In this document: positions 38,240-51,324 of the stretch, in pieces | Layout of the letters: every line of letters begins with the position of its first letter | Position numbering within the stretch: position 1 is the stretch's first letter | Assembly (NCBI RefSeq): GCF_001194135.2 | Contig: NC_068997.1 | Coordinates: forward strand, 38,929,673 to 38,993,672 | Direction of reading: 5' to 3' | DNA from: Octopus bimaculoides | Lineage: Eukaryota | Length of the DNA: 64,000 nt | Made by a program: the position numbers and the translations under genes | Notes under the pieces: generated by a model | Database searches by the model: none | The model's input: the letters and a program-made list of their open reading frames with translations, nothing else | What the model was told of the DNA's origin: nothing

Positions 38240-41030
38240 ATAAGAAATCTAGTGCAAAGTAGTAAATTAAAAACGTCATCATCACACTTTGCCTCTATTA
38301 ACCCTCTATAGCATGACGAGGTGGAACCCTCGCCACCGGCATTACCTGAGCGAGAGAGAAGAGCGAGAGCCTGCCGGCATTCGGCCTGCCACGATCCCAA
38401 CTTAGGTCTATGCTTAATCCACGGTTCTAACTCACCAAAACTGGCGGACTTAGGAAGAATCAGTTTGACAAACGGAGACTACACCCGCTCACCATCCAGG
38501 TAGAGCCAGAGATGCCTCAGCCTCAGCGCTTGTTGCGCTTCAACAGCCAAAGCATCCCAAGCCCACCCTTTCGCGGCTGCTGGCAGCAGATAGAACGCCT
38601 CACAAGTGGACCCCTGCCCCTCCGCAAAAAGCAGAAGAGCCACTAATCGGGGCAAGGTACGACGGTCAGGCAGTAGGTAATCACAGATGCGATAAACACA
38701 TCTGCGACCTTTCGGGTCTGAGTAAGGTGAGCCACCATGCTCGCCACATCGCTCCAATTCTTCTCTTCCTGGAGATCTAGCCCGAACCAGACCCCTAGCA
38801 CCTTAACCGGACCCTCCGTTCAAAGCCTGACGGCGTTGTTGGGGGGTATAGACTTGCCTCTCCAGATGCCGAGCTACAAGCCGACTGACTTATCACGGTT
38901 AATCTTATCTCCTGCCACCGCCTCGTAATCCTTAATGAGCATCGCCTACCCTCTGTTGGTGTTTCACTTTGGACATGGTGATGGTGATGTCATCCACATA
39001 TGCCAAAACTGACTTTCCACAACCAAGATCTCGTGGGACGCCCCTCATACCCTCCGACTTCCGCAATAAAGGCTCCAAAGTCAGCNNNNNNNNNNNNNNN
39101 NNNNNNNNNNNNNNNNNNNNNNNNNNNNNNNNNNNNNNNNNNNNNNNNNNNNNNNNNNNNNNNNNNNNNNNNNNNNNNNNNNNNNNNNNNNNNNNNNNNN
39201 NNNNNNNNNNNNNNNNNNNNNNNNNNNNNNNNNNNNNNNNNNNNNNNNNNNNNNNNNNNNNNNNNNNNNNNNNNNNNNNNNNNNNNNNNNNNNNNNNNNN
39301 NNNNNNNNNNNNNNNNNNNNNNNNNNNNNNNNNNNNNNNNNNNNNNNNNNNNNNNNNNNNNNNNNNNNNNNNNNNNNNNNNNNNNNNNNNNNNNNNNNNN
39401 NNNNNNNNNNNNNNNNNNNNNNNNNNNNNNNNNNNNNNNNNNNNNNNNNNNNNNNNNNNNNNNNNNNNNNNNNNNNNNNNNNNNNNNNNNNNNNNNNNNN
39501 NNNNNNNNNNNNNNNNNNNNNNNNNNNNNNNNNNNNNNNNNNNNNNNNNNNNNNNNNNNNNNNNNNNNNNNNNNNNNNNNNNNNNNNNNNNNNNNNNNNN
39601 NNNNNNNNNNNNNNNNNNNNNNNNNNNNNNNNNNNNNNNNNNNNNNNNNNNNNNNNNNNNNNNNNNNNNNNNNNNNNNNNNNNNNNNNNNNNNNNNNNNN
39701 NNNNNNNNNNNNNNNNNNNNNNNNNNNNNNNNNNNNNNNNNNNNNNNNNNNNNNNATAATTTTTTTAAACGTTTGTGGTTGGACCTATCAATGTAGTTAA
39801 AATGTATGTGGGTGGGAACGTCATTGATATCAGGACTAATAAAAGTTTGTACGTTTTGTAAAGTGGTAATTTCATTTTTTAAATTTTGATTGTTTGCATC
39901 ATACGCAGTGATATAACTTTTTTGAGGGGTGGGGGTGGGAAGTTTGAGGATTCTGCGTGTTTGCGTGTGTCTGTAACTGTGGAGGTAGGGGAGAAGATTA
40001 GTGTTAGAGGTGGGGGTTGAGGTGACTGTGGGAGCCGTTTGGATGTCAATATCTGTGGGCATGGGCAGGGGAAAAGTGTCCGTGGAAGAAGGGTGGGATC
40101 TTTTCTTTTTCCTGGATACTGTACTCCATTCGCTGTCCAAAGCTTGTGTCTCTTTTCTTTTCATGTTTTACAGTTCCTCTCTGCTTGTTTCTTTGACTAC
40201 TGGCACTGTAGGGGTGCGGCTGTTTTCGCAATAGGTGGGGGAGCTTTTGTTTTCACTGGTGGAAGGCATTCAGATCGTAAGTGCCCCTTTTGGCCGCATC
40301 TTGGCTTTCTGCCCTCCACCATTACGCTCAGGATCGTTTCCTCACCCACCCGTATGATGTCCGCTATCAGTTCGAGGTCGTCTTGGGAGGCCTGTATTGA
40401 CATTTCCAGGTCTTGAACCTGCCAATTTTGTTGATGAATTTTCGTGGCGTGGAGGATTGTCCTCCAAGCCCAAAACGATAACGGCCACCAGCCAGGCAAC
40501 GTCAACCTCCAGTGAGATTTCTCCTACCCTCACCCTGGAAGTTTGCCTTCCAAAGTAGGTAAGTAGGAGTACCACTTCATTCGATTTCAAAGGTGACATT
40601 GAGTGTTGCCTGGCCTTATATTCACTTGCGAACCGCACCTCTATTGTCGCGAACCGATTCCCTCTGGCAAGATATACATCTTGCCAGATCGGTTGTAGGC
40701 ATTTTCCCGCCTATTCTTTGGTAATTCTTTCCAGTTTTTTTCCTTAAGTCATATTGTCTTTAAAATAATGGTTTTCAGAGCGGTATCTTGCGTCACCTCG
40801 CTGAGAGGGGTAAGTTTGATCTCATACCCTTTTCTTTGAAGCATTCCTTTAAACTTGCTTAGTTCTTGGTTTTCAAGTTTCAAGTTTTTCCTGTTGACGC
40901 CGGCTACAGCTGCAAAGTTGTTTACTTTTTGTTTTCCACTTGTAATTTTGTTCATTTCTTTTGTGTCTTTCAACAATTTTCTGTTCAAATCCTGAACTTG
41001 TTGGTTCAAATCTTCCTACGACGCAGACAC
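38240..41030 (-). mobile_element. L1/Tx1-like LINE: ORF1 with CCHC knuckle, assembly gap, RT C-terminal half
   Basis: ORF1 pieces include VRVGEISLEV, GRKPRCGQKGHLRSEC and EWSTVSRKKKR. RT pieces include LTLEPLLRK..LAYVDDIT, YEAVAGDKINRDKS and KVLGVWFG..KNWSDV. Gap at 39086-39755. Confidence 0.8.
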
Positions 41031-42419
41031 ATCTGATGAACTTATGCTCAACATGATGGGAAAAATATTCAAAAAGGGGGAACATTTTTTCCCAAGGGGG
41101 AAACCATTAACAAATCTGCCAGAAGGCAGTAAAATAAGGGGTTTCGAAATAAACACAATAAAAGTTCAACAAAACGGTAATACTTCCAACAATAACTTCA
41201 ACAAAAATCACAATATTTATCAAAAAGATGTCCAAACCAACCGATCAGTTTCAGATGATTGTAAAACGGTGAAAAAGTATGAATGTTAATTTATTGATGC
41301 ATTTGGGTAAGCTAGTGTCTGTATTATCAAACAATTTTTAGAAAATGTTTAAAAAAATTTCAAAACTCTGCAAAGGACCGGTACAAATTCTTCATGGTTC
41401 AAAACGTTGCTTACTTTTTACTCAACCTGATAGCAACATAATTCATATTGTTAACTACGTACCGAAAATGATAAAAATAATATTTCACTCATCGGTTCTT
41501 CATTTAGTGGATCGATTTGAAAAAAATGGTAGAATCAATACTATGATTAGTATTATCTTAAATCTTTAAAAAATGTTTTAGCTGTTGTGTTTTTTTAATC
41601 CGACGTTATAACTGGTTTTATTGACCCAGGATGAAGGCGTTTAGTTCTGATAATCACCTTATTTCATCCAGAAACAATGCATTTCGAATCACATCATTTA
41701 ATAGTAACTCCATCTTTGAGACGATATAGTGTTCTTTGTGAGAGATCTGGCTACTATTTCCACCAATTTGGAAAAATAAATCGAAAGGCTCCTCCATTGG
41801 CTCAACGAACTCTCTTTAACTCAATATGTTTTGTAAATTGATTAAGGAATACAACATTAAAAGAAGCACTTCAGTAATTAAACGTTGCAACTTAATGACT
41901 GATGGTAAACCGTATCTATAGTAAAAAAAACAAAAAAACTGTTGATCCAGTCCATCAAACCGTAAATAGATGCCAAGATAAGCGCTAAATTGCAGCGGAG
42001 GTGCGTTAATATGATTAACGATTATCTCGATATCTTGTAGAGTTGAGTTTCATTTTAGATTGTGTCACTTTAGTAGAGATGGATTCTGTCAAGTTGATTT
42101 TGGGCAAGACACGCTATAGTAAACCATGTGCCTTAACAGGCTAAAGAATTTGGAGACTCAATCACCCACTTGCCCACTAAAAGTCGTGAAGCTTCCAAAA
42201 GCGCAGTTGGTGAAGTACGCATAACAAAATGTTACTATATTCTACATGATGTTGAAGTCATCTCTCATACGTCATGTTTTTAAATTTTAAACACTCATAG
42301 AGAGGGATTAATAAACTAATTGCATAGATAATCTCAGTTAATCTAAGCCGTATATTACATATATTGGACCCTACCGTATTTGTATTTACTATGCAGAACG
42401 CGCACTGAATTATTTTCAC

Positions 42420-42518
42420 CTCGGAGATATTGCTGAGTATTCATAATCCTCGACACGGCACTTCTACTTCTGTGTATATAGCGATTTTCCGTTTGCGAAC
42501 AGAGCCGATTATACCTCG
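42420..42518 (-). CDS. Weak candidate exon (RYNRLCSQTENRYIHRSRSAVSRIMNTQQYLR)
   Basis: Acceptor TTAGATTTTTTCAG|, donor GAG|GTGAAA, 99 nt, single open frame (phase 1 to 1), CpG-rich relative to the flanks. Confidence 0.25.
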
Positions 42519-42983
42519 CTGAAAAAATCTAATAAAATCGAAACACAACCATTGCTATCATCAAACAAAATCTGTTTTCATAATGCATTCTCTATATTTC
42601 GCCAAAATTTCAATCATGAAATTTTATTGGGACTAATTCCCTTACTTATTTTTACATAGAATAGAGGGGTTTCTGTCAACTAACTGTGTGGATATTGCTA
42701 GTAAAGCGAAAATTTAACTCACTGTGTTACTTATGTGAATCTGTACTGTATAATGGGTGCAGATAAAAGATTACAAAGTTAAACGTTATATACATAAATA
42801 CAGAGAGGGAGAGAGAGGGGGGGGTAAGTAGGGATTGAGAGAGAGAAAGAAAGAGAGAAGAAACAGAGACAAACAAAATAACAAACAAATGATAACATTT
42901 TGCGGGGAGAGAGTGGAGAGAGAGATAAAGAAATCTTCGTATATATAGAATGTATACAGTATCTATCTATCTATCTATCTATC

Positions 42984-43014
<31 letters not shown>

Positions 43015-43095
43015 GGGTATATATTTGTACATATATGTATATATATATATTATTATTTAACTGAACGCCACGCATCCATTTCCAAGAAATTTTAT

Positions 43096-43149
<54 letters not shown>

Positions 43150-43333
43150 ATACATAGTGAATGTATTTATATGACCACCACACACACAACCACACACATG
43201 AAAGTAAACATAAAAGCTAGCGTGAATATGTCTATAGGTACTTATTCAGACTGGCATATATGCAAATAGATAAATAGATTCACGTGCATATAAATTTGAG
43301 TGTGTATGTGTACGCGCGCGCATGCACGCACGC

Positions 43334-43370
<37 letters not shown>

Positions 43371-44544
43371 AACAAATCTATATGCAAATGTGTGTATATT
43401 TTATATATATATATATATATGAGGGTGCGTTTTATGTGTATGTACATATATGCAGATAGATAGATAGATAGATAGAGAGAGGAGTTGGGATGAGATGAGC
43501 ACTTGCATGCACACATGGAAATTGAATAAGCGCATAAAAAATATCGTAGCTAAACTGATATTGTAACGCTGAAGGTAGACCAAACAACAGCTGCTGTTAC
43601 AAAAAAAACAAAAAAAACGGGTTAAATAAATCTAAATAGAAAACTATTACAATAACAATAACAATGAAAATAATACGAAAAGTAATCTTGGAGGAAGAAA
43701 AAAAAAACTGGGCTAGACTATGAGAAACTGTATGAAAATGAACAAACAACGGTTCCAAAACCGAGAATAAAAATGTTATCTACCGTCATTAGATATTGCG
43801 TGAAGAAAGAAGCAAAGAAACCATAACTGTAAAAAAATGCAACACACACACAAGACAAAATCTGACAAATATCAAAAGAAAAGCGGAAAAAAGTTGATTT
43901 TCTTTAAAAAAATATAATATATGAAATATAAAGATTGAAAGAGCTTTGAAGAAGTAGCAAATACTTGAAGAAAATATAAGCAAAAACTAACCCCTGTCTC
44001 TAAAAGTAAAAATAAAACGAGTTATTGAATAACTAAGAAGAAATAAATCGTTACAGGTTAAGGGATTTGTCTGGAAAATAAGGAAAAAAAGAACCAGAAA
44101 CAACTCAAAGTATTTGAAAAAACAAATACTTTTTGTATTTTGAAAGAGAATTGGAGAGAGTGAAAAGCTTTGAAGGTTTTGAATTAATGTTATATTTGTC
44201 CTCGCATTCTTTTACAAACCTTTCTGGTTTTTAGAATAAAAAATTGCTTCTCTAAATAACGCTAGTGAGCAAATTCAATTTGACTCGCTCCGACGAAATA
44301 TATGCATCTAGTTTAAACAAGCAGGAAGTTTGTAAAAGCCAAGGGAATATGAGAACGGTCTAAGTTTTTTTTTATCGTTAAACCATTGTTAGGAAAGAGA
44401 AGAGAGTTAATTATTCTAAGCATACATATCTGGATCTAAAATTTAGCATTTTATCTGGAAGGGGATTGATGAAAGAAATCAAGAAGATCTATCTAACCCT
44501 CAATTGATATATATATATTGTCTCTGATTTTTTTACTTTTTTTT

Positions 44545-44720
44545 ATCATTTGACTGCAGCTATGCTGGGGCACCGGCTAGAGGAATTTTAGTTGTAATAT
44601 CAACCCGTGCATTTATCTCATTTTAAAGCCTGATACTTATTCTATCGTTATCTTTTGCTGAACCGCTAAGTTACTGAGACGTAGACACTAATACCGGTTG
44701 TCAAGTGGTGGCTGGACACN
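44545..44720 (-). mobile_element. SINE family 2, 3' module only
   Basis: Matches the reverse complement of the 3' module at 21210-21428; it runs into a gap and (CA)n. Confidence 0.7.
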
Positions 44721-44729
44721 NNNNNNNNN

Positions 44730-44781
<52 letters not shown>

Positions 44782-44994
44782 TTAAAATAATAAGGTAGTC
44801 AGAATGTTGGATGATTATATATATTTTTTATTTTTACATCTTATTAACATTTTTAGCGCTTTCTTTCGTTATCGGATTTATCAAAAAATGGTTTAAATTT
44901 AGATTTCTTCGCCTTTTTATATATATAAAGAATTTTCTGGGGTTTGCGAAGCAAGGAAGAAGAAAGCAGAAAATTTGTTTTTTGAGAAGGTGGG

Positions 44995-45508
44995 GGAGGT
45001 CCCCAGCACAGCAACTGAGTCGCCTCTTGGACATACTCTTCAAAACCTTATGCCCATTAATACCCAGCTATATACGGGACGACATAGACTTTCTCAAACA
45101 CGACCCAGCTACTGTCCCAGAAGGTACTTTTAACGTCACTAATCTCTATACCAAATACCGCATACCTTAAGTCTGGAAGCTGTCAAACACTGAGTAGCGA
45201 AATACAGAAGATGTATAGATGAACGTTTCAAAACAGATTTCATTACCAAAGCCACTCGTCTACTACTAGAAGAAAGCACCTTCAGATAGATAAAGGGCAC
45301 GGCTATATATATATATATATTCAACATGATAGATCGCTGACCACTCCACATATTTTTTTTTCTCTCCTTGTTTCTTTCTGTGTTCCTTTCTGTTGAAGGA
45401 GCGTAGGCTCGAAACGTTAAAGACTTTCTCTATTCCCGAGCGTTATACTAATACATCCATTTGTTGTTTACACCACCTGTCTTCGTCTGTTGTTTTTTCG
45501 TGAATTCT

Positions 45509-45510
<2 letters not shown>
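44995..45510 (+). mobile_element. Penelope-like RT fragment plus terminal (pseudo-LTR) region
   Basis: PAQQLSRLLDILFKTLCPLIPSYIRDDIDFLKH..FNVTNLYT, then LLLEESTF..IKGTA, followed by an HHR-bearing terminal segment. Confidence 0.75.
45386..45422 (+). ncRNA. Minimal type I hammerhead-like motif with mutated core
   Basis: CTTT-CTGTTGA-AG-GAGC-GTAG-GCTC-GAAA-CG-TT-AAAG. Stems I and II are intact, stem III is the palindrome ACGT, and core position A6 is T. Confidence 0.55.
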
Positions 45511-45550
<40 letters not shown>

Positions 45551-46148
45551 NNNNNNNNNNNNNNNNNNNNNNNNNNNNNNNNNNNNNNNNNNNNNNNNNN
45601 NNNNNNNNNNNNNNNNNNNNNNNNNNNNNNNNNNNNNNNNNNNNNNNNNNNNNNNNNNNNNNNNNNNNNNNNNNNNNNNNNNNNNNNNNNNNNNNNNNNN
45701 NNNNNNNNNNNNNNNNNNNNNNNNNNNNNNNNNNNNNNNNNNNNNNNNNNNNNNNNNNNNNNNNNNAAATATGTATCTATATGTATATATGTATATATGT
45801 ATATATATATATATATATATATACGAGAAATTTTGCTTTTCTATGGCTATTTCTTACGCTGAAGCTTTTATTTTCATGAATCTGCACACATATAAGCATG
45901 CATACATACATATAACCTCCGAATATAGATTCTTGAAGCAAAATTTGAGAAACTCCACCGGTTTCGCCAAATCAACACTTTACTATGGAGTGTAGTGGAA
46001 AACATTATTTGTAATTAGATGCTCTCAATAAGATTCTTTACAATTAAAAAAGATTACAAAATAATTTTTGCAAGGTATGAAAGTATACACTGGGCTTCAA
46101 ATCTAAGGAAGGTAGTAGAACAAGTAATACATAAACTCTCAGTACATT

Positions 46149-46348
46149 GATTTCAAATTCTAACACAAGGCCACCAATTTTGGGCTGCAGATAAGTCGAT
46201 TCCATTGATCCCAGTGCTCGACTGGTACCTATTTTATCGACTCCGAAAGGTAAAGTCGACCTCGGCGTAATTTGAACTCAGAGCGTTTGGACGAAATGCC
46301 GCTAAGCATTTTGCCTGGCATGCTAAGACTTCTGTTAGCTCGCTGCCT
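46149..46348 (-). mobile_element. SINE family 1 with 17-bp target-site duplication
   Basis: TAAACTCTCAGTACATT at 46132-46148 and 46349-46365 flanks a full-length copy. Confidence 0.9.
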
Positions 46349-46389
46349 TAAACTCTCAGTACATTAAAGTGATATGTAATTACTCATGA

Positions 46390-46587
46390 AAACAGTTGGC
46401 ACTTCAATGTATTATGAATCTCAGGTGGCTGTTGCTGTTTGAACATCAGGTTGAAGTGATCGCAGAGCAACGTGAAACGAAGTGTCTTGCTCAAGAACTC
46501 AACAGACTGCCCCGTCCGGCAATCGGCACCACGAACTCGTCCCTGAACGTGCAACACTGTATCCACTAGGCTACGTGACGCCCTCAC
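46390..46587 (-). mobile_element. tRNA-derived SINE, family 3
   Basis: The reverse complement has A-box-like TAGCCTAGTGG, a decayed B box and CORE-like GTTCTTGAGCAAGACACTT. Confidence 0.6.
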
Positions 46588-46932
46588 TGTATGTCAAAGA
46601 CTTCATAATCGAATATGTCCTTTCTTCATTGGAGACAGTCGTTTTTCTTAAATGTGTCATTTTCTTCTGGACGAATCTCGAATATTTTACTAAGTATGAG
46701 AAAGGATCAATTTAAATGATGACGAAGGTGAAGTAAAGGTGTAAGAATGATAAATGAAGCTGCGTCTTGCGGAAAAGAATCGCTAAACTATGGGGTTACA
46801 TTGAAGTGTAGCAAAGAAGAGATACTGTCTATTCCACCATTGAAAGGATACCGGGTGCATGCAGTACATTAAACGAAGTTAATTATGTTCAGATGTAATT
46901 TTGTATCTTTATTATTTTTATGGCTACACGTG

Positions 46933-47345
46933 AAGGCGGCGCGCTTGCAGATTCGTTAGCACGCCGAGCACAATGCTTAGCAGCATTTCGTCCGTCTTCA
47001 CGTTCTAAGTCCTAATTCCGCCGAGGTTGACCGAATTGAGTGCTGGGGTCGATTTAATCTACTTACCTTCTCCCTCGCAATTGTTGGCCTAGTACCAAAA
47101 TTCGAAACCATTATTATTTTCATAGTCACATGTAAAGCCAGTGAGCTGGAAGAATCGTTAACACGCACGGCAAAATGCTGAGCAGCATTTCATTCTTGTT
47201 TAGTTAGGTTCAGAGTTCAAATTCCGCCGAGGTCGACCTTACCTTACCTTACGTCCTTTCGAGGTCGATGAAATAAGTACCAGTTGAGTATTGGGGTTAA
47301 TGTAATCGCCTATCTCTCTCCTCTTAAATGCCAGTCCTTGTACTT
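46933..47345 (+). mobile_element. Two adjacent SINE family 1 copies
   Basis: Heads at 46933 (AAGGCGGCGCG) and about 47134 (AAAGCCAGTGAGCTGG). Both have AATTCCGCCGAGGT.GAC; the first has an internal deletion. Confidence 0.8.
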
Positions 47346-49861
47346 ATCGTAGAAATACTTATGGTCGCATGCAAGCAGTTTAAAGGATTGCTTGCATAAA
47401 TAAATAGATGAATTTTCTTTTTAATCGGAAAACCTTATGGTATTCAATAAAAGTGAATTTTCAAATTTTGTTTTCGCTACTCAAGCAAACTCAAGGAGGT
47501 AGACGTACTACATTTTGAACATTTCCCTGTTTTCGTTAAGTCTCTATTGCCCTGTAATAAAACATTTAATGATGGTGTAAAATATTAAGACAAAGTAAAT
47601 TATTGCTGGGATAACAGAAATTTTATGTTCAACCACAGTACAGTCTCCCTTTTATATCAAAGCGTCGTCCCCCGGAGCTTCGTTTTCATTTCCTTTATCT
47701 ATATCGAAATTCTCTCATATAACACTTTTCTAAAAGTCTCAACATTCATAATTGATTGAAACACCAACTGATTTCATTACTAATTATATTTGTTTTTAAA
47801 TGTAAAGTGCATCTTTCTCGAAGCCATTGGCCTATTAGGCAGGAGCTTATCCTAGTGTTTTTGTGACATTTAAGTGACTGAGAATATAAGACAACTCACT
47901 AAAAGAACAATCCCTACACAAGCTTTATATATGTATATATTCTGTAAATATGTCTTTTGTTATCTTCTGCATTCTAAAGATTTGAAACCCGATGTATATT
48001 TTGATATCATGGATTATTTTGCCTACTTTTTAATTACCAACATTTTCATTTACTTCAACCAAACTAACAGCTGTGGCAATTTTTGTTTGGTGACATTTTC
48101 TATGTTGCAAATCTCATATTTAAAAAAAAAAAATTACAACCAATTTTCTCAGTTTCTGATGGAAAGGTCATTTATTGAAACCTAATCCAGCTTTTGAGAT
48201 ATGTTTTTCTTTGAAAACAGTATAAACATTAAAGAAGCATTGCGTATTTTTATAGATTGTGAAATCATATTGAACAATATCTATTTTACTGATTAATGCG
48301 ATGTTTAAAAATAAATGAATCTTAAAAATACAGTGCTTTCACTGCTGTGTTGTAGTAGTATTAACTGATCTGAACAACATCTCGAATCAAACAAATCTTA
48401 TAAATGCTGAATTTGAAAAGTTCAGGTTTCTTTTAATATTTGTGCCGACAAAAGTCTATAGTCATCCAAAATACTTGTTGTCTCTTACCCGAAATAGAAC
48501 CCTGCCCCAAACGTTTTCTCACGGCACCCAGACTTACTTAAACTTATCAACTTAATTTTTTTCACCAATAGTTATTACTTTCTTCGAACTCTAATAATTT
48601 TCTATAATAGACGTAGCTGGAGACTGACACCATGAAAACACTTCAGATAACACTTTCTACCTTTCATCCTTTCGGGGACGATAAATTAAGTACCAGTTGC
48701 GTACTGGGGTCGATCTAATAGACTGGCCCCCTCGCTCAAAATTTCGGGCCTTGTGGACTTCTCTNNNNNNNNNNNNNNNNNNNNNNNNNNNNNNNNNNNN
48801 NNNNNNNNNNNNNNNNNNNNNNNNNNNNNNNNNNNNNNNNNNNNNNNNNNNNNNNNNNNNNNNNNNNNNNNNNNNNNNNNNNNNNNNNNNNNNNNNNNNN
48901 NNNNNNNNNNNNNNNNNNNNNNNNNNNNNNNNNNNNNNNNNNNNNNNNNNNNNNNNNNNNNNNNNNNNNNNNNNNNNNNNNNNNNNNNNNNNNNNNNNNN
49001 NNNNNNNNNNNNNNNNNNNNNNNNNNNNNNNNNNNNNNNNNNNNNNNNNNNNNNNNNNNNNNNNNNNNNNNNNNNNNNNNNNNNNNNNNNNNNNNNNNNN
49101 NNNNNNNNNNNNNNNNNNNNNNNNNNNNNNNNNNNNNNNNNNNNNNNNNNNNNNNNNNNNNNNNNNNNNNNNNNNNNNNNNNNNNNNNNNNNNNNNNNNN
49201 NNNNNNNNNNNNNNNNNNNNNNNNNNNNNNNNNNNNNNNNNNNNNNNNNNNNNNNNNNNNNNNNNNNNNNNNNNNNNNNNNNNNNNNNNNNNNNNNNNNN
49301 NNNNNNNNNNNNNNNNNNNNNNNNNNNNNNNNNNNNNNNNNNNNNNNNNNNNNNNNNNNNNNNNNNNGAAAGAACCCTCGCGGCTATTTCAAATCTTTCC
49401 ATGAAATATTTTGTGTTTTCTGTCGCATTTTGAGGATTTAGTACAAACAAAACAATATCTTTTAGATTATAGTGATAAAGAGTATTTTACTCAAGAGAAC
49501 TTCGGTGAATACAAATATTTGAATAGCTGATCTGGTATCTCTTTTAATGTAATGAATCATTTCAGTATGCAATATTAAAGTATTTAGCTAGCTTAAAAAT
49601 GCTTTGTGGGCAGTGATTTTCTAATAGATTCTATAGTTAATTCCTAATAGATAGCATAACAGCAAAGGAGGAAATATTGTTTGTGGTCCAAGCTCTTGTA
49701 AATAAAAACATTTCATTGGTATTTTGTTTCTTTTAATTGCAATAAGTATGAAGCATTCAAGTAAGTAAATTACAAGAAATGTACGAACATGGATGCTAGA
49801 AATTACCATCATATTTTAAATAAATTGATTGTAAGTCTTCGCATTATATTTCATCTAAAGT

Positions 49862-50478
49862 AAGGCGGAGAACTGGCAGAAACGTTAACACGCCGACGAA
49901 ATGCTTAGCGGTATTTCGTCTGCCGTTACGTTCTGAGTTCAAATTCCGCCGAGGTCGACTTTGCCTTTCATCCTTTCGGGGTCGATTAAATAAGTACCAG
50001 TTACGCACAGGGGTCGATATATTTCGACTTAATCCGTATGTCTGTCTTTGTTTGTCCCCTCGGTGTATAGCCCCTTGTGGGCAGTAAAGAAATAGGTATT
50101 TCGTCTGCCGCTACGTTCTGAATTCTAATTCCGCCGAGATCGACTTTGCCTTTCATCCTTTCGGGGCCGATTAAATAAGTACCAGTAACGCACTGGGGTC
50201 AATATAATCGACTTAATCCGTTTGTCTGTGCTTGTTTGTCCCCTCTATGTTTAGCCCCTTGTGGGCAATAAAGAAATAAGAAACGTTAGCTCGCTGAGCG
50301 AAATGCTTAGCGGTATTTCGTCTGTCTTTACATTCTGAGTTCAAATTCCGCTGAGGTCGACTTTGCCTTTCATTATTTCAGGGTTGATAAATTAAAGTAC
50401 CAGTTGCGTACTGAGGTCAATCTAATCGACTGACCCCCTTCCCCGAAATTTCGGGCCTTGTGCCTAGAGTGGAAAAGA
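49862..50478 (+). mobile_element. Trimeric SINE family 1 insertion within one 16-bp TSD
   Basis: Units start at 49862, about 50095 and about 50281. ATATTTCATCTAAAGT occurs at 49846-49861 and 50479-50494. Confidence 0.9.
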
Positions 50479-51206
50479 ATATTTCATCTAAAGTTTCAAT
50501 GACTATATTCAGATGTAGCTTTTCAACTGATCAAAGTAAACACATTCAATCACATTTTCTTACGATGTTGGACAATCTTATAGAGCAATTAAAAAAAAAA
50601 CCCCACATTTCTGATCGAACACCACTCAAAGTTCCATTATACTTAATATAGTTAACGCCAAAAAGACAATGGATTGATAGAATCGTCAGAGTGCAGAATA
50701 AAATGTCTCGTCATATTTATTGAGGATCCCGCCGAAGTCAGTTTTACTTTCATTTTTTCAGGGTCGACGTACCAGTCACATACTGGTTAATAATCACTCT
50801 CTGTACATTTTCTCCAGCTTTGAGTCCTTGTGTCTATATAAGAAATCAATATATTTAATACTTTTTCAGTCATGGTTTGCTCTTATCGTTCTTATGACAT
50901 GAAACTTAAAACAGTAATAATATCACAATAGTAAAATCTAAACTATTTGCAGAAAATTTCATGTGCTTCTAAAAGACATTGCACTTAAATTCAAACTTTA
51001 AGCCATCTTAAAAATCTACGGAGGTAACAGATTTCAAAATGCCTTCTTATCTTCATCTACTCCTTTTATACTTTCTCTTCCAACTACGTTATTATTTACT
51101 ATCTCACTGCATTATTGAACTGAACTTCAAGCTGAACGTAGCAGGGTCATATCTACGATGACATACGGAAGTATTATGGGTGGGCAGAAAAAGTACCTTA
51201 AATAAT

Positions 51207-51237
<31 letters not shown>

Positions 51238-51324
51238 ACACACACACACACACACATGTATATACAGTTATAATGACAGATTTAAGTATTGTAAGATCGA
51301 AAGAAAATGACAATAAAGCATATA

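Noticed and set aside
41044-41569. ORFs 41044-41289 and 41345-41569
   Set aside because: No recognisable domain or splice support; they are AT-rich chance ORFs or an unidentifiable relic.
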